Below, piece after piece: positions 17,940-24,530 of a DNA stretch of 32,000 nucleotides. The DNA lies in NCBI GenBank assembly GCA_027482185.1, contig JAIXWF010000003.1:376809-408808 (forward strand), read 5' to 3'. This stretch comes from Opitutaceae bacterium. Its GTDB lineage: Bacteria > Verrucomicrobiota > Verrucomicrobiia > Opitutales > Opitutaceae. A program made the position numbers and the translations under genes. The stretch's first letter is position 1. The number at the start of each line of letters is the position of its first letter. A model generated the notes under the pieces. It ran no database searches. It saw nothing but the letters and a program-made list of their open reading frames with translations, and was not told the origin of the DNA.

Positions 17940-17943
17940 AGAG
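17907..17943. repeat. distal inverted-repeat arm of the GxxExxY cassette (CACAGAGGA|CACGGAGGG|aat|CGCGGAGTT|CACAGAG)
   Basis: 17907-17923 (CACAGAGGACACGGAGG) matches the reverse complement of 18333-18349 (CACAGAGGTCACGGAGG) at 16 of 17 positions. With one 1-nt indel, two more units also align (CGCGGAG~CACGGAG and CACAGAG~CACGGAG). The arm overlaps the GxxExxY stop codon and the first 11 codons of the longest gatB ORF. A 19-nt all-purine tract (17888-17906) lies next to it. Confidence 0.85.
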
Positions 17944-18313
17944 CAAGGCGCTTCAGGCCACGGGTCAAAATCGTTGCGCGGAAATTCAGGAGCAGTCCGA
18001 TCCGGCAGCGGGAAAACTTCAGGTAGGTGAGGACCTGCGCCTCATGGACGTCCAGCAATGCATCGACCGCCTTCAATTCGACCACCACCTGGCCGCCGAC
18101 CACAAAATCGAGGCGATAGGCATCCCCGATCACCAGGTCCTTGTAACCGACCGGACAGAGTTTCTGTTCCTCGAAAGCCAGACCGCGCAGGACAAATTCG
18201 TGGGCCAAGGCACACTGGTATGCGGACTCCAGCAGCCCCGGCCCGAGTTCGCGGTGCACCTCGATCGCAGCTCCGATCACCTGCTCCGTGAGGTGATTGA
18301 TATCGGGATTCAT
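17936..18313 (-). CDS. GxxExxY family protein (PD-(D/E)XK nuclease-like fold)
   Basis: Last 125 codons of ORF 17936..19042, starting at ATG 18313. MNPDINHLTEQVIGAAIEVHRELGPGLLESAYQCALAHEF carries the G-x-x-E-x-x-Y motif (GLLESAY). YRLDFVVGGQVVVELKAV gives a D...ExK catalytic-type motif. A length of about 125 aa is typical of the family. The upstream 243 codons of the listed ORF are an out-of-frame shadow of gatA. Confidence 0.85.
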   Translation of the reverse strand: MNPDINHLTEQVIGAAIEVHRELGPGLLESAYQCALAHEFVLRGLAFEEQKLCPVGYKDLVIGDAYRLDFVVGGQVVVELKAVDALLDVHEAQVLTYLKFSRCRIGLLLNFRATILTRGLKRLAL

Positions 18314-18349
18314 CTCCGTGGCCTCCGTGCCTCCTCCGTGACCTCTGTG
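18314..18349. repeat. proximal inverted-repeat arm of the GxxExxY cassette (CTCCGTG|G|CCTCCGTG|CCT|CCTCCGTG|A|CCTCTGTG)
   Basis: Read on the coding (minus) strand it is CACAGAGGT CACGGAGGAGG CACGGAGGC CACGGAG directly followed by the ATG. That gives four GGAG(G) Shine-Dalgarno-like units. It fills most of the 44-nt gatA-GxxExxY spacer. Confidence 0.85.
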
Positions 18350-18357
18350 CTCCAAAA

Positions 18358-19836
18358 TCACAGCACAGGGGTGCGCAGCTTCCAGTCGTGGCCGCGTTCG
18401 TAGGCTTGGGCGATGGCGAGGAGGTCGGCTTCCTTGAAGGGCTGGCCGATGAGTTGCACACCGATCGGCAGCGACGACTTCGTAAATCCGCAGGGCAAGC
18501 TCAGCGCCGGCAGGCCCGCGAGGTTCACGCCGATCGTGTAGATGTCGCACAGGTACATCGCCAGCGGGTCGCTCTTTTCCCCGAGTTTGAACGCCGGGAT
18601 CGGCGACGTCGGCGTGATCAGCGCGTCGACTTCCTTGTACGCATTCAGGAAATCCTGCCGGATCAACGTGCGCACTTTCTGGGCGCGCAGGTAGTAGGCG
18701 TCGTAGTAGCCGCTCGAGAGCACGTAGGTGCCGAGGATGATGCGGCGCTTCACTTCCGCGCCGAAACCCTCGGCCCGCGATTTGAAGTAGAGGTCGACGA
18801 TGTCTTTCGCGTCCGCGGAACGGTGGCCGTAGCGGATGCCGTCGTAGCGCGCCAAGTTCGAGGACGCCTCGGCCGTCGCGATGATGTAATAGGTATCGAG
18901 GCAGTACTGCGTGTGCGGCAGCGAGACTTCGCGGATCTCGCAGCCTTGGGCTTTGTAAAACGCAATCGCCTGCTCCACCGCCGCGCCGATTTCCGGATCG
19001 AGGCCGGCGCCGAAGTACTCCTTCGGAATGCCCAACTTCCAAGGTCCGCGCCGCGCCGCGAGTTCACGGCGGTAATCGGGAATCTCGGCCCGGTACGACG
19101 TCGAATCGCGTTCGTCGTGGCCGGCGATGGCGCCGAGCACGATCGCGTTGTCCTCGACGGTGCGCGTGAAGGGACCGATTTGGTCGAGCGACGACGCGTA
19201 TGCGATCAGACCGTAACGGGAAACCAATCCGTAGGTCGGCTTCAGGCCGACGACGCCGCAGAGCGCGGCCGGCTGGCGGATCGAGCCGCCGGTGTCGGAG
19301 CCGAGCGTCGCGATCGCCTCACCCGCCGCGAGCGCCGCGGCGCTGCCGCCGGACGAACCGCCGGGCACGCGCGTGACGTCCCACGGATTGCCCGTCGGGT
19401 GGAAGGCGGAATTCTCCGTCGACGAACCCATCGCGAACTCGTCGCAGTTCAGGCGGCCGTAGAGCACGGCGCCGGCGGCCTTGAGGCGCGCGGTCACGGT
19501 CGCGTCGTAGGGCGAGACGAAGTTCGCGAGCATCTTGCTCGAGGCGGTCAGGGGCTGGTCTTTGACAGCAATGACGTCCTTGAAACCGATCGGGATGCCG
19601 TCGAGCGGTCCGCGCGCCTGCCCCGCCGCGCGGCGGGCATCGGATGCGGCGGCCTGCGCGAGCGCGTCGGCCGGGTCGGCGGAATTGAAAGCGCGCACCC
19701 GCGGTTCGACGGCGGCGGCGCGGGCGATGACGGCCTGCGCGAGTTCGACCGCGCTCACCTCGCGCGCCGCGAGGGCGGCGGCGAGCTCGGCAATGGTGCG
19801 GTAGTGGAGCGGGACGGCGGACATGGCGGCGCTCAT
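18358..19836 (-). CDS. gatA: Glu-tRNA(Gln)/Asp-tRNA(Asn) amidotransferase subunit A
   Basis: ORF 18358..19836. Amidase signature region [45 protein letters not shown]. The ATG at 19836 overlaps the gatC TGA (ATGA). An alternative ATG lies at 19824. Confidence 0.92.
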   Translation of the reverse strand: MSAAMSAVPLHYRTIAELAAALAAREVSAVELAQAVIARAAAVEPRVRAFNSADPADALAQAAASDARRAAGQARGPLDGIPIGFKDVIAVKDQPLTASSKMLANFVSPYDATVTARLKAAGAVLYGRLNCDEFAMGSSTENSAFHPTGNPWDVTRVPGGSSGGSAAALAAGEAIATLGSDTGGSIRQPAALCGVVGLKPTYGLVSRYGLIAYASSLDQIGPFTRTVEDNAIVLGAIAGHDERDSTSYRAEIPDYRRELAARRGPWKLGIPKEYFGAGLDPEIGAAVEQAIAFYKAQGCEIREVSLPHTQYCLDTYYIIATAEASSNLARYDGIRYGHRSADAKDIVDLYFKSRAEGFGAEVKRRIILGTYVLSSGYYDAYYLRAQKVRTLIRQDFLNAYKEVDALITPTSPIPAFKLGEKSDPLAMYLCDIYTIGVNLAGLPALSLPCGFTKSSLPIGVQLIGQPFKEADLLAIAQAYERGHDWKLRTPVL

Positions 19837-20123
19837 TCGACGACCTTGGGCACGACGACCATGTTCTCGCGCTGCGCCGGCGCGTTGCGGAGCGCCTGGT
19901 CGGCGGGCAAGCCCGGACGGGCGACGTCCTCCTGCCAGACATTGTGCACGGCGAACGCGTGGGCCGAGGGCTCGACGCCGGCGACGTCGACCTTGGCGAG
20001 CTGTTCGATGTGGTGCAGCACGCTGCCGAGCTGCACGGCGAAGGTCGCCTTTTCCTCGGGCGTCAGGGCGACGCGCGCGAGTTTGGCGACGTGGTCGATG
20101 TCGAGTTGGGGCGCGGAGGACAT
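19833..20123 (-). CDS. gatC: Asp/Glu-tRNA amidotransferase subunit C
   Basis: ORF 19833..20192, trimmed to ATG 20123. The 96-aa product [55 protein letters not shown] ... VVPKVVE matches the typical GatC length and pattern. The start lies 4 nt after the pheT TAA. Confidence 0.85.
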   Translation of the reverse strand: MSSAPQLDIDHVAKLARVALTPEEKATFAVQLGSVLHHIEQLAKVDVAGVEPSAHAFAVHNVWQEDVARPGLPADQALRNAPAQRENMVVVPKVVE

Positions 20124-20127
20124 GGCG

Positions 20128-22587
20128 TTACTTGCGGATCTGCCAACCGGTGGTCTGCACGACGTCGTCCTGCACCTTCTGGAAGACGGCATTCACTTCC
20201 TCGTCGGTCAGCGTCCGTTCCGCGGACCGGAACACGAGGTTGAACGCGAGGCTCTTCTTGCCCTCGGGCAGGCCGGGGCCCGTGTACACGTCGAAGACGG
20301 CGACCTTCTCGACGGCGAACGTGTTGCCCGCGGCGGCGCGCGCCGACTTGAGCAGGGCTTTCTGCACTTCGGCCGAAGTCGTCGCGGCGTCGACCACGAG
20401 GGCGACGTCGCGCAGCGCGGCCGGCAAAAGGCTGAAGTCGGCGAAACGGCGGCGCGCGGCGTCGGCGGAGAGTTTCTCCGGCAAAATCGCGAAGAGCCCG
20501 GCATAGACCTTGCCCTTGATCCCGAGGGATTTCACGAGCGCCAGATTCACGAGACCGAAGCGGGCCTGCCAGCCGTGGGCGATGTCGCCGGCGCCGGCGG
20601 ACTGGCCCTCTTGCCAACCGGGCACGCCGGCGAGCGGCGTCAGCGGCTGGCGCGCGAAATCGACGCCGGCGGCGGCGGCGATGGCGGCGAGGTGGTGCTT
20701 GGCGGCGTAGAAATCGGCGCCTTCGCGCTTGAGCCAGGAACGTTCGTCGACGGCCTCGGCGAGGAGGAAGGCGACGGCGGCGCACTCGACCGTTTGGCCG
20801 TTGCGCTCAAGGAAGATGCGGCCGGTCTCGGCGAGCCGGGACACGGCGACGCCGCGGGATTGGTTCAATTGCAACGAAGCCAGCAAACCGCCGACCAAGG
20901 TGGGCCGGAGATGCGATTGCTCTTCGACAAAGGGATTGGCCAAGCCGAGTTCGGCGGTCGCGGCGGCGGTGGTCCACGCGGCGACTTCCTTGGCGGGACG
21001 GAGCGTGTAGTTCACGCACTCGTGGAAATCGTGGCCGACGAGGTAGTCGGTCGCGCGGCGGTTGAAGAGGACGATCGGGTCGTCGTCGGTCAGCAGGCCG
21101 GGCGATTGCACGACGGCGGCGGGGATCTTCTCCGTGCCGTAGAGGCGCAGCACTTCCTCGACGAGGTCGATCGGGCGGTCGAGGTCGTCGCGCCAACTCG
21201 GCACGGACACCGTCCAGGCCAAGCCGCGGGCGGGCTGCTCGGTCGGCTCCTCGCGGGTGACGTTGAGCTCGAGGGACTCGAAGGCGGCGCGCATCTGCGC
21301 GGCGGGAATCGCGAAGCCGAGCTTCTCGTTGATGAAGGCCTCGGTGACGACGATCTCGCGCTGCCACGGTACGTCTCCGCCGACCCGATACGCCGGGCCG
21401 ACAACCTGGCCGCCGGCGGTGGCCAGAATGAGATCGACGGCGCGGTACGCGGCTTCGAGGGCGCCGTGCGGATCGACGCCGCGTTCATAGCGGTAGGACG
21501 AATCGGAACTGAGGGCCAGTTTGCGGGCCGTGGCGCGGATCGACTGCTTCTTGAAGATCGCGCATTCGAGCACCAGGTCGGTGGTGTCGGCGGACACGCC
21601 GGAGTTTTCCCCGCCCATGATGCCGGCGACGACGACGGGCTTGGCCGCGTCGGCGATGACGAGCATGTCGGGCGTGAGCGCGCGCTCCTTGCCGTCGAGG
21701 GTGACGATTTTCTCGTCCGCGGCGGCGCGGCGGACGACGATGCGGTTGCCGCCGAGCTTCTTCGCGTCGAAGGCGTGCAACGGCTGGCCCGTTTCGAGCA
21801 TCACGTAGTTGCCGACGTCGACGACGTTGTTGATCGGGCGGAGGCCGACGGCCTTGAGCCGTTCCTGGAGCCACGCGGGGCTGGGGCCGATCTTGATGCC
21901 CGTGATGACATGGGCCGTGTAGAGCGGGCAGTCCTCGGGGGCGTGGACCTCGACGCCGGCGAGCAGGTCGGCGCGGGCCGGACCGCCGACTTCGCCGCGG
22001 AATTGCTCCTGCGGGTAAACCAGCGGCAGCTTGAACCAGGCGGCGAGCTCGCGCGCGATGCCGAGGTGGCACTGGCAATCGGGGCGATTGGGCGTGATCT
22101 CGATGTCGAAGACCGTGTCGCCCGGCGGCAGCACGTCGTTGATCGGCGTGCCGAGGGCGGGTTTGCCCTCGAGAATGAGGAGGCCGGCGTGGTCGGAGCC
22201 GAGGCCGATTTCGTCCGGGGCGCACATCATGCCGTCGGAGAGCTGGCCGCGGATCTTGGACTGCTTGATCTGGAAATTGCCGGGCAGGACGGCGCCGGGC
22301 AGCGCGACGGGCACGCGGTGGCCGGCGTCGCAGTTGGCCGCGCCGCAGACGATCGTCTTCACGCCGCCGGCGGGGCCGATGTCGACGGTGCAGACGGAGA
22401 GTTTGTCGGCGTTCGGGTGTTTGCCGCGGGTGAGGATCTCGCCGACGACGACGTGCTCGAGTTTCGGCGCGCCCGTGGTGACGACGCCTTCGACCTCGAA
22501 ACCGAGGAAGGTGACGGCGCGGGAGATTTCATCGACGGAGGCGTCGAGGGCGACGTAGTCGCGGAGCCAGTTGAGGGAAATTTTCAT
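20128..22587 (-). CDS. pheT: phenylalanine--tRNA ligase beta subunit
   Basis: ORF 20128..22587 (819 aa). MKISLNWLRDYVALD is the canonical PheT N-terminus. The tRNA-binding, B3/4, B5 and FDX-ACB regions are recognisable. The 1402-aa plus ORF 18388..22596 is a shadow. Confidence 0.92.
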   Translation of the reverse strand: MKISLNWLRDYVALDASVDEISRAVTFLGFEVEGVVTTGAPKLEHVVVGEILTRGKHPNADKLSVCTVDIGPAGGVKTIVCGAANCDAGHRVPVALPGAVLPGNFQIKQSKIRGQLSDGMMCAPDEIGLGSDHAGLLILEGKPALGTPINDVLPPGDTVFDIEITPNRPDCQCHLGIARELAAWFKLPLVYPQEQFRGEVGGPARADLLAGVEVHAPEDCPLYTAHVITGIKIGPSPAWLQERLKAVGLRPINNVVDVGNYVMLETGQPLHAFDAKKLGGNRIVVRRAAADEKIVTLDGKERALTPDMLVIADAAKPVVVAGIMGGENSGVSADTTDLVLECAIFKKQSIRATARKLALSSDSSYRYERGVDPHGALEAAYRAVDLILATAGGQVVGPAYRVGGDVPWQREIVVTEAFINEKLGFAIPAAQMRAAFESLELNVTREEPTEQPARGLAWTVSVPSWRDDLDRPIDLVEEVLRLYGTEKIPAAVVQSPGLLTDDDPIVLFNRRATDYLVGHDFHECVNYTLRPAKEVAAWTTAAATAELGLANPFVEEQSHLRPTLVGGLLASLQLNQSRGVAVSRLAETGRIFLERNGQTVECAAVAFLLAEAVDERSWLKREGADFYAAKHHLAAIAAAAGVDFARQPLTPLAGVPGWQEGQSAGAGDIAHGWQARFGLVNLALVKSLGIKGKVYAGLFAILPEKLSADAARRRFADFSLLPAALRDVALVVDAATTSAEVQKALLKSARAAAGNTFAVEKVAVFDVYTGPGLPEGKKSLAFNLVFRSAERTLTDEEVNAVFQKVQDDVVQTTGWQIRK

Positions 22588-22592
22588 GTGAA

Positions 22593-22677
22593 GTAGCGGG
22601 TAGCGTGTAGTGAGTAGCGGGTAGTCCGGGCAGCGGTTAGGAATGATGCTCGCTACTCGCTACGCGCTACTCGCTAC
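22593..22677. repeat. 31-bp hairpin built from tandem heptads (GTAGYGN x5 / YCGCTAC x4) filling the pheS-pheT spacer
   Basis: Left arm: GTAGCGG|GTAGCGT|GTAGTGA|GTAGCGG|GTAGTCC (22593-22627). Right arm: TCGCTAC|TCGCTAC|GCGCTAC|TCGCTAC (22650-22677). Positions 22593-22623 pair with 22677-22647 as 26 Watson-Crick pairs plus 5 G:T pairs on the plus strand. The loop is 23 nt (22624-22646). Confidence 0.9.
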
Positions 22678-22689
22678 AACGCCGGTAGG

Positions 22690-23733
22690 TCAGGCGAACT
22701 GCTTCAGGAAACGGAGGTCGTTCTGGTAGAAGTAACGGATGTCATCGATGCCGTAGAGGAGCATCGCGAGGCGCTCGAGGCCCATGCCGAAGGCATAGCC
22801 GCTCCAGACTTCGGGATCGTAGCCGACGGCCTCGAAGACCGTGGGATCGACCATGCCGCAGCCGCCGATTTCGATCCACGGTTTCTTCACTTTCGGCAGG
22901 TGCGAGGCGGTGAGGTCGACTTCGAAACTCGGCTCCGTGTAGCCGAAGTAGTGCGGGCGGAAACGCGTCTTCGTGTCCTTCCCGAGCAGCGAGGCGAAGA
23001 TGTAGTCGAGCAGGGCCTTGAGGTCGCGGACGGTGACGTTCTTGTCCACGTAGAGGCATTCCAGCTGGTGGAAGTTGGCGCTGTGGGTGGCGTCGGTGGT
23101 GTCGCGGCGGTAAACGCGGCCCGGCGAGACGATGCGGATCGGCGGCTCGCCCTTCAGCATGGTGCGGATCTGCACGGAGGACGTGTGCGTGCGGAGGAGG
23201 TACTTCTCTTCGGGCGACTTCTTCGAGACGTTGCCGAAACGGGAAGCGGCCGGGAAATAGAACGTGTCCTTTTCGTCGCGGGCCGGGTGGTCGGCGGGCG
23301 TGTTGAGGGCGTCGAAGCAGTAGTACTCGGTCTCGACCTCGGGGCCGTCGGCGACGGTGAAGCCGACCTTGCGGAGGATGCGGCACATCTCCTCGCGCAC
23401 GAGCGTGAGCGGGTGGTGCGTGCCGGGACCGAAATCGGGGGCCGGGAGCGTGGCGTCGACGGCCGGCCCAAGTTGGGCGGCGAGTTCGGCGTCGGCGATG
23501 CGCGCGAGGGCGGCGTCGAGGTGCGTCTGCAGGCCGGTCTTGGCCTCGTTGATGAGTTTGCCGACGACGGGTTTCTGCTCCTTGGGCAGGCCGCCCATCT
23601 GCTTCATGAGCGCGGTGAGTTCGCCGTGGGGGCCGACGTAGCGGGCCTTGGCGGCCTCGAACTCGGGGCGCGTTTTGACGGCCGGCAATTCGGCGGCGGC
23701 CTTGGCGAGGAGAGCGGAGAGTTGTTCCTGCAT
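22690..23733 (-). CDS. pheS: phenylalanine--tRNA ligase alpha subunit
   Basis: ORF 22690..23784, trimmed to ATG 23733. MQEQLSALLAKAAAELPAVKTRPEFEAAKARYVGPHGELTALMKQMGGLPKEQKPVVGKLINEAK fits the PheS N-terminal coiled coil. Class II core motifs are present (HPARDEKDTFYF, LLRTHTSSVQIR, FGMGLERLAML). The 17 extra codons of the longer ORF lie inside a terminator hairpin and its U-tract. Confidence 0.9.
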   Translation of the reverse strand: MQEQLSALLAKAAAELPAVKTRPEFEAAKARYVGPHGELTALMKQMGGLPKEQKPVVGKLINEAKTGLQTHLDAALARIADAELAAQLGPAVDATLPAPDFGPGTHHPLTLVREEMCRILRKVGFTVADGPEVETEYYCFDALNTPADHPARDEKDTFYFPAASRFGNVSKKSPEEKYLLRTHTSSVQIRTMLKGEPPIRIVSPGRVYRRDTTDATHSANFHQLECLYVDKNVTVRDLKALLDYIFASLLGKDTKTRFRPHYFGYTEPSFEVDLTASHLPKVKKPWIEIGGCGMVDPTVFEAVGYDPEVWSGYAFGMGLERLAMLLYGIDDIRYFYQNDLRFLKQFA

Positions 23734-23764
23734 GGGAGAAATCGGAATGAGGCTCGGGGCGCGG

Positions 23765-23809
23765 ACAAAAAGAAAGGACGGCATCCCGCGGTACGGGACC
23801 CGTCCTTCC
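23765..23809 (-). terminator. rho-independent terminator / attenuator between rplT and pheS
   Basis: The minus-strand RNA reads GGAAGGACGG-GUCCCGUACCGCGGGAU-GCCGUCCUU followed by UCUUUUUGUCC. There is an 8-bp stem (23774-23781 / 23800-23807) and an inner 5-bp stem (23784-23788 / 23794-23798). A second GC-rich 8-bp hairpin (23829-23836 / 23842-23849) lies 12 nt after the rplT stop. Confidence 0.6.
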
Positions 23810-23860
23810 TGAATTCGGAAACAGGGAGGCGAGCCCGCCCGGGGCTCGCGTTGAACTGAC

Positions 23861-24244
23861 TCAGGCCTTCTTCGCCGCCGCGGCTTTGGCCTTCAACGCG
23901 TCCTGGGCTTGTTTGACCAGGCCATTGAACGCCACTTCGTCGCGGATCGCGAGATCGGAGAGGACCTTGCGGTCGAGGCCGATGTTGGCGGCCTTGAGGC
24001 CTTCCATGAAGCGGCTGTAGCTGATGCCGGCGTTGCGGCAGGCGGCGTTGAGGCGCACGATCCAGAGACCGCGGAAATCGCCCTTCTTCTTGCGGCGGGC
24101 CGCGTAGGCGTACTGCCACGCGTGCTGAACGGCTTCTTTCGCGTAGCGGAAGAGCTTCGATTTGTTGCCGAAGTAGCCCTTGGCGTACTTCAGCACTTTC
24201 TTGCGGCGCTTGCGCGACGCGGGACCATTGGTTGCACGAGCCAT
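23861..24244 (-). CDS. rplT: 50S ribosomal protein L20
   Basis: ORF 23861..24244. MARATNGPASRKRRKKVLKYAKGYFGNKSKLFRYAKEAVQHAWQYAYAARRKKKGDFRGLWIVRLNAACR is unmistakably L20. Confidence 0.95.
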   Translation of the reverse strand: MARATNGPASRKRRKKVLKYAKGYFGNKSKLFRYAKEAVQHAWQYAYAARRKKKGDFRGLWIVRLNAACRNAGISYSRFMEGLKAANIGLDRKVLSDLAIRDEVAFNGLVKQAQDALKAKAAAAKKA

Positions 24245-24335
24245 GTTAGTTTTCCTTTGTAGGTTAGTCGCCGCAGGTCGGCTGGGAAATCACCCGCGGA
24301 CGAAGTTTGGGTTGAGCGTCGGTCTGGCTAACGAG

Positions 24336-24530
24336 TTAGAGACCGAACGGGAGGGCGCGCTTGAGCGGCTTGGCATGACCTTCCGCGACCAGCTTGTCGC
24401 GAGAGGCACGACGCTTTTGCTTCGTGCTCTTCGCGCCAAGCAAGTGACGGAAGCCAGGCGTGCGGCGCACGAGCTTGCCCTTGGCGGTGAGTTTGAACCG
24501 CTTGGCAATGGACTTCTTGGTCTTTTGCAT
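24336..24530 (-). CDS. rpmI: 50S ribosomal protein L35
   Basis: Last 64 codons of run-on ORF 24336..26087, from ATG 24530. MQKTKKSIAKRFKLTAKGKLVRRTPGFRHLLGAKSTKQKRRASRDKLVAEGHAKPLKRALPFGL is a typical L35, lying directly upstream of rplT. Confidence 0.9.
   Translation of the reverse strand: MQKTKKSIAKRFKLTAKGKLVRRTPGFRHLLGAKSTKQKRRASRDKLVAEGHAKPLKRALPFGL

Noticed and set aside
18314-19042. Upstream 243 codons of the 368-aa minus ORF 17936..19042
   Set aside because: This part is an alternative frame of gatA (Arg/Pro-rich). Only the last 125 codons, from ATG 18313, form the GxxExxY protein. The in-frame HRGHGGGTEATE just before the ATG is the translated repeat array, not protein.
18388-22596. 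1402-aa plus-strand ORF spanning gatA, gatC and pheT
   Set aside because: It is a Gly/Arg/Asp/Val-rich shadow. The minus strand encodes three unmistakable housekeeping proteins over the same interval.
7305-22677. Heptad arrays as possible CRISPR arrays
   Set aside because: The period is 7 nt with no spacers, and there are only 4 to 5 units per array. The arrays come in complementary inverted pairs. There are no cas genes in the window.
23733-23784. pheM-like Phe-rich leader peptide (MPSFLFVRAPSLIPISP) upstream of pheS
   Set aside because: This ATG lies inside the terminator hairpin. The UUU CUU UUU codons are simply the terminator U-tract. The ORF is in frame with pheS with no stop, and it lies downstream of the terminator stem rather than upstream. 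This does not match the geometry of leader-peptide attenuation.
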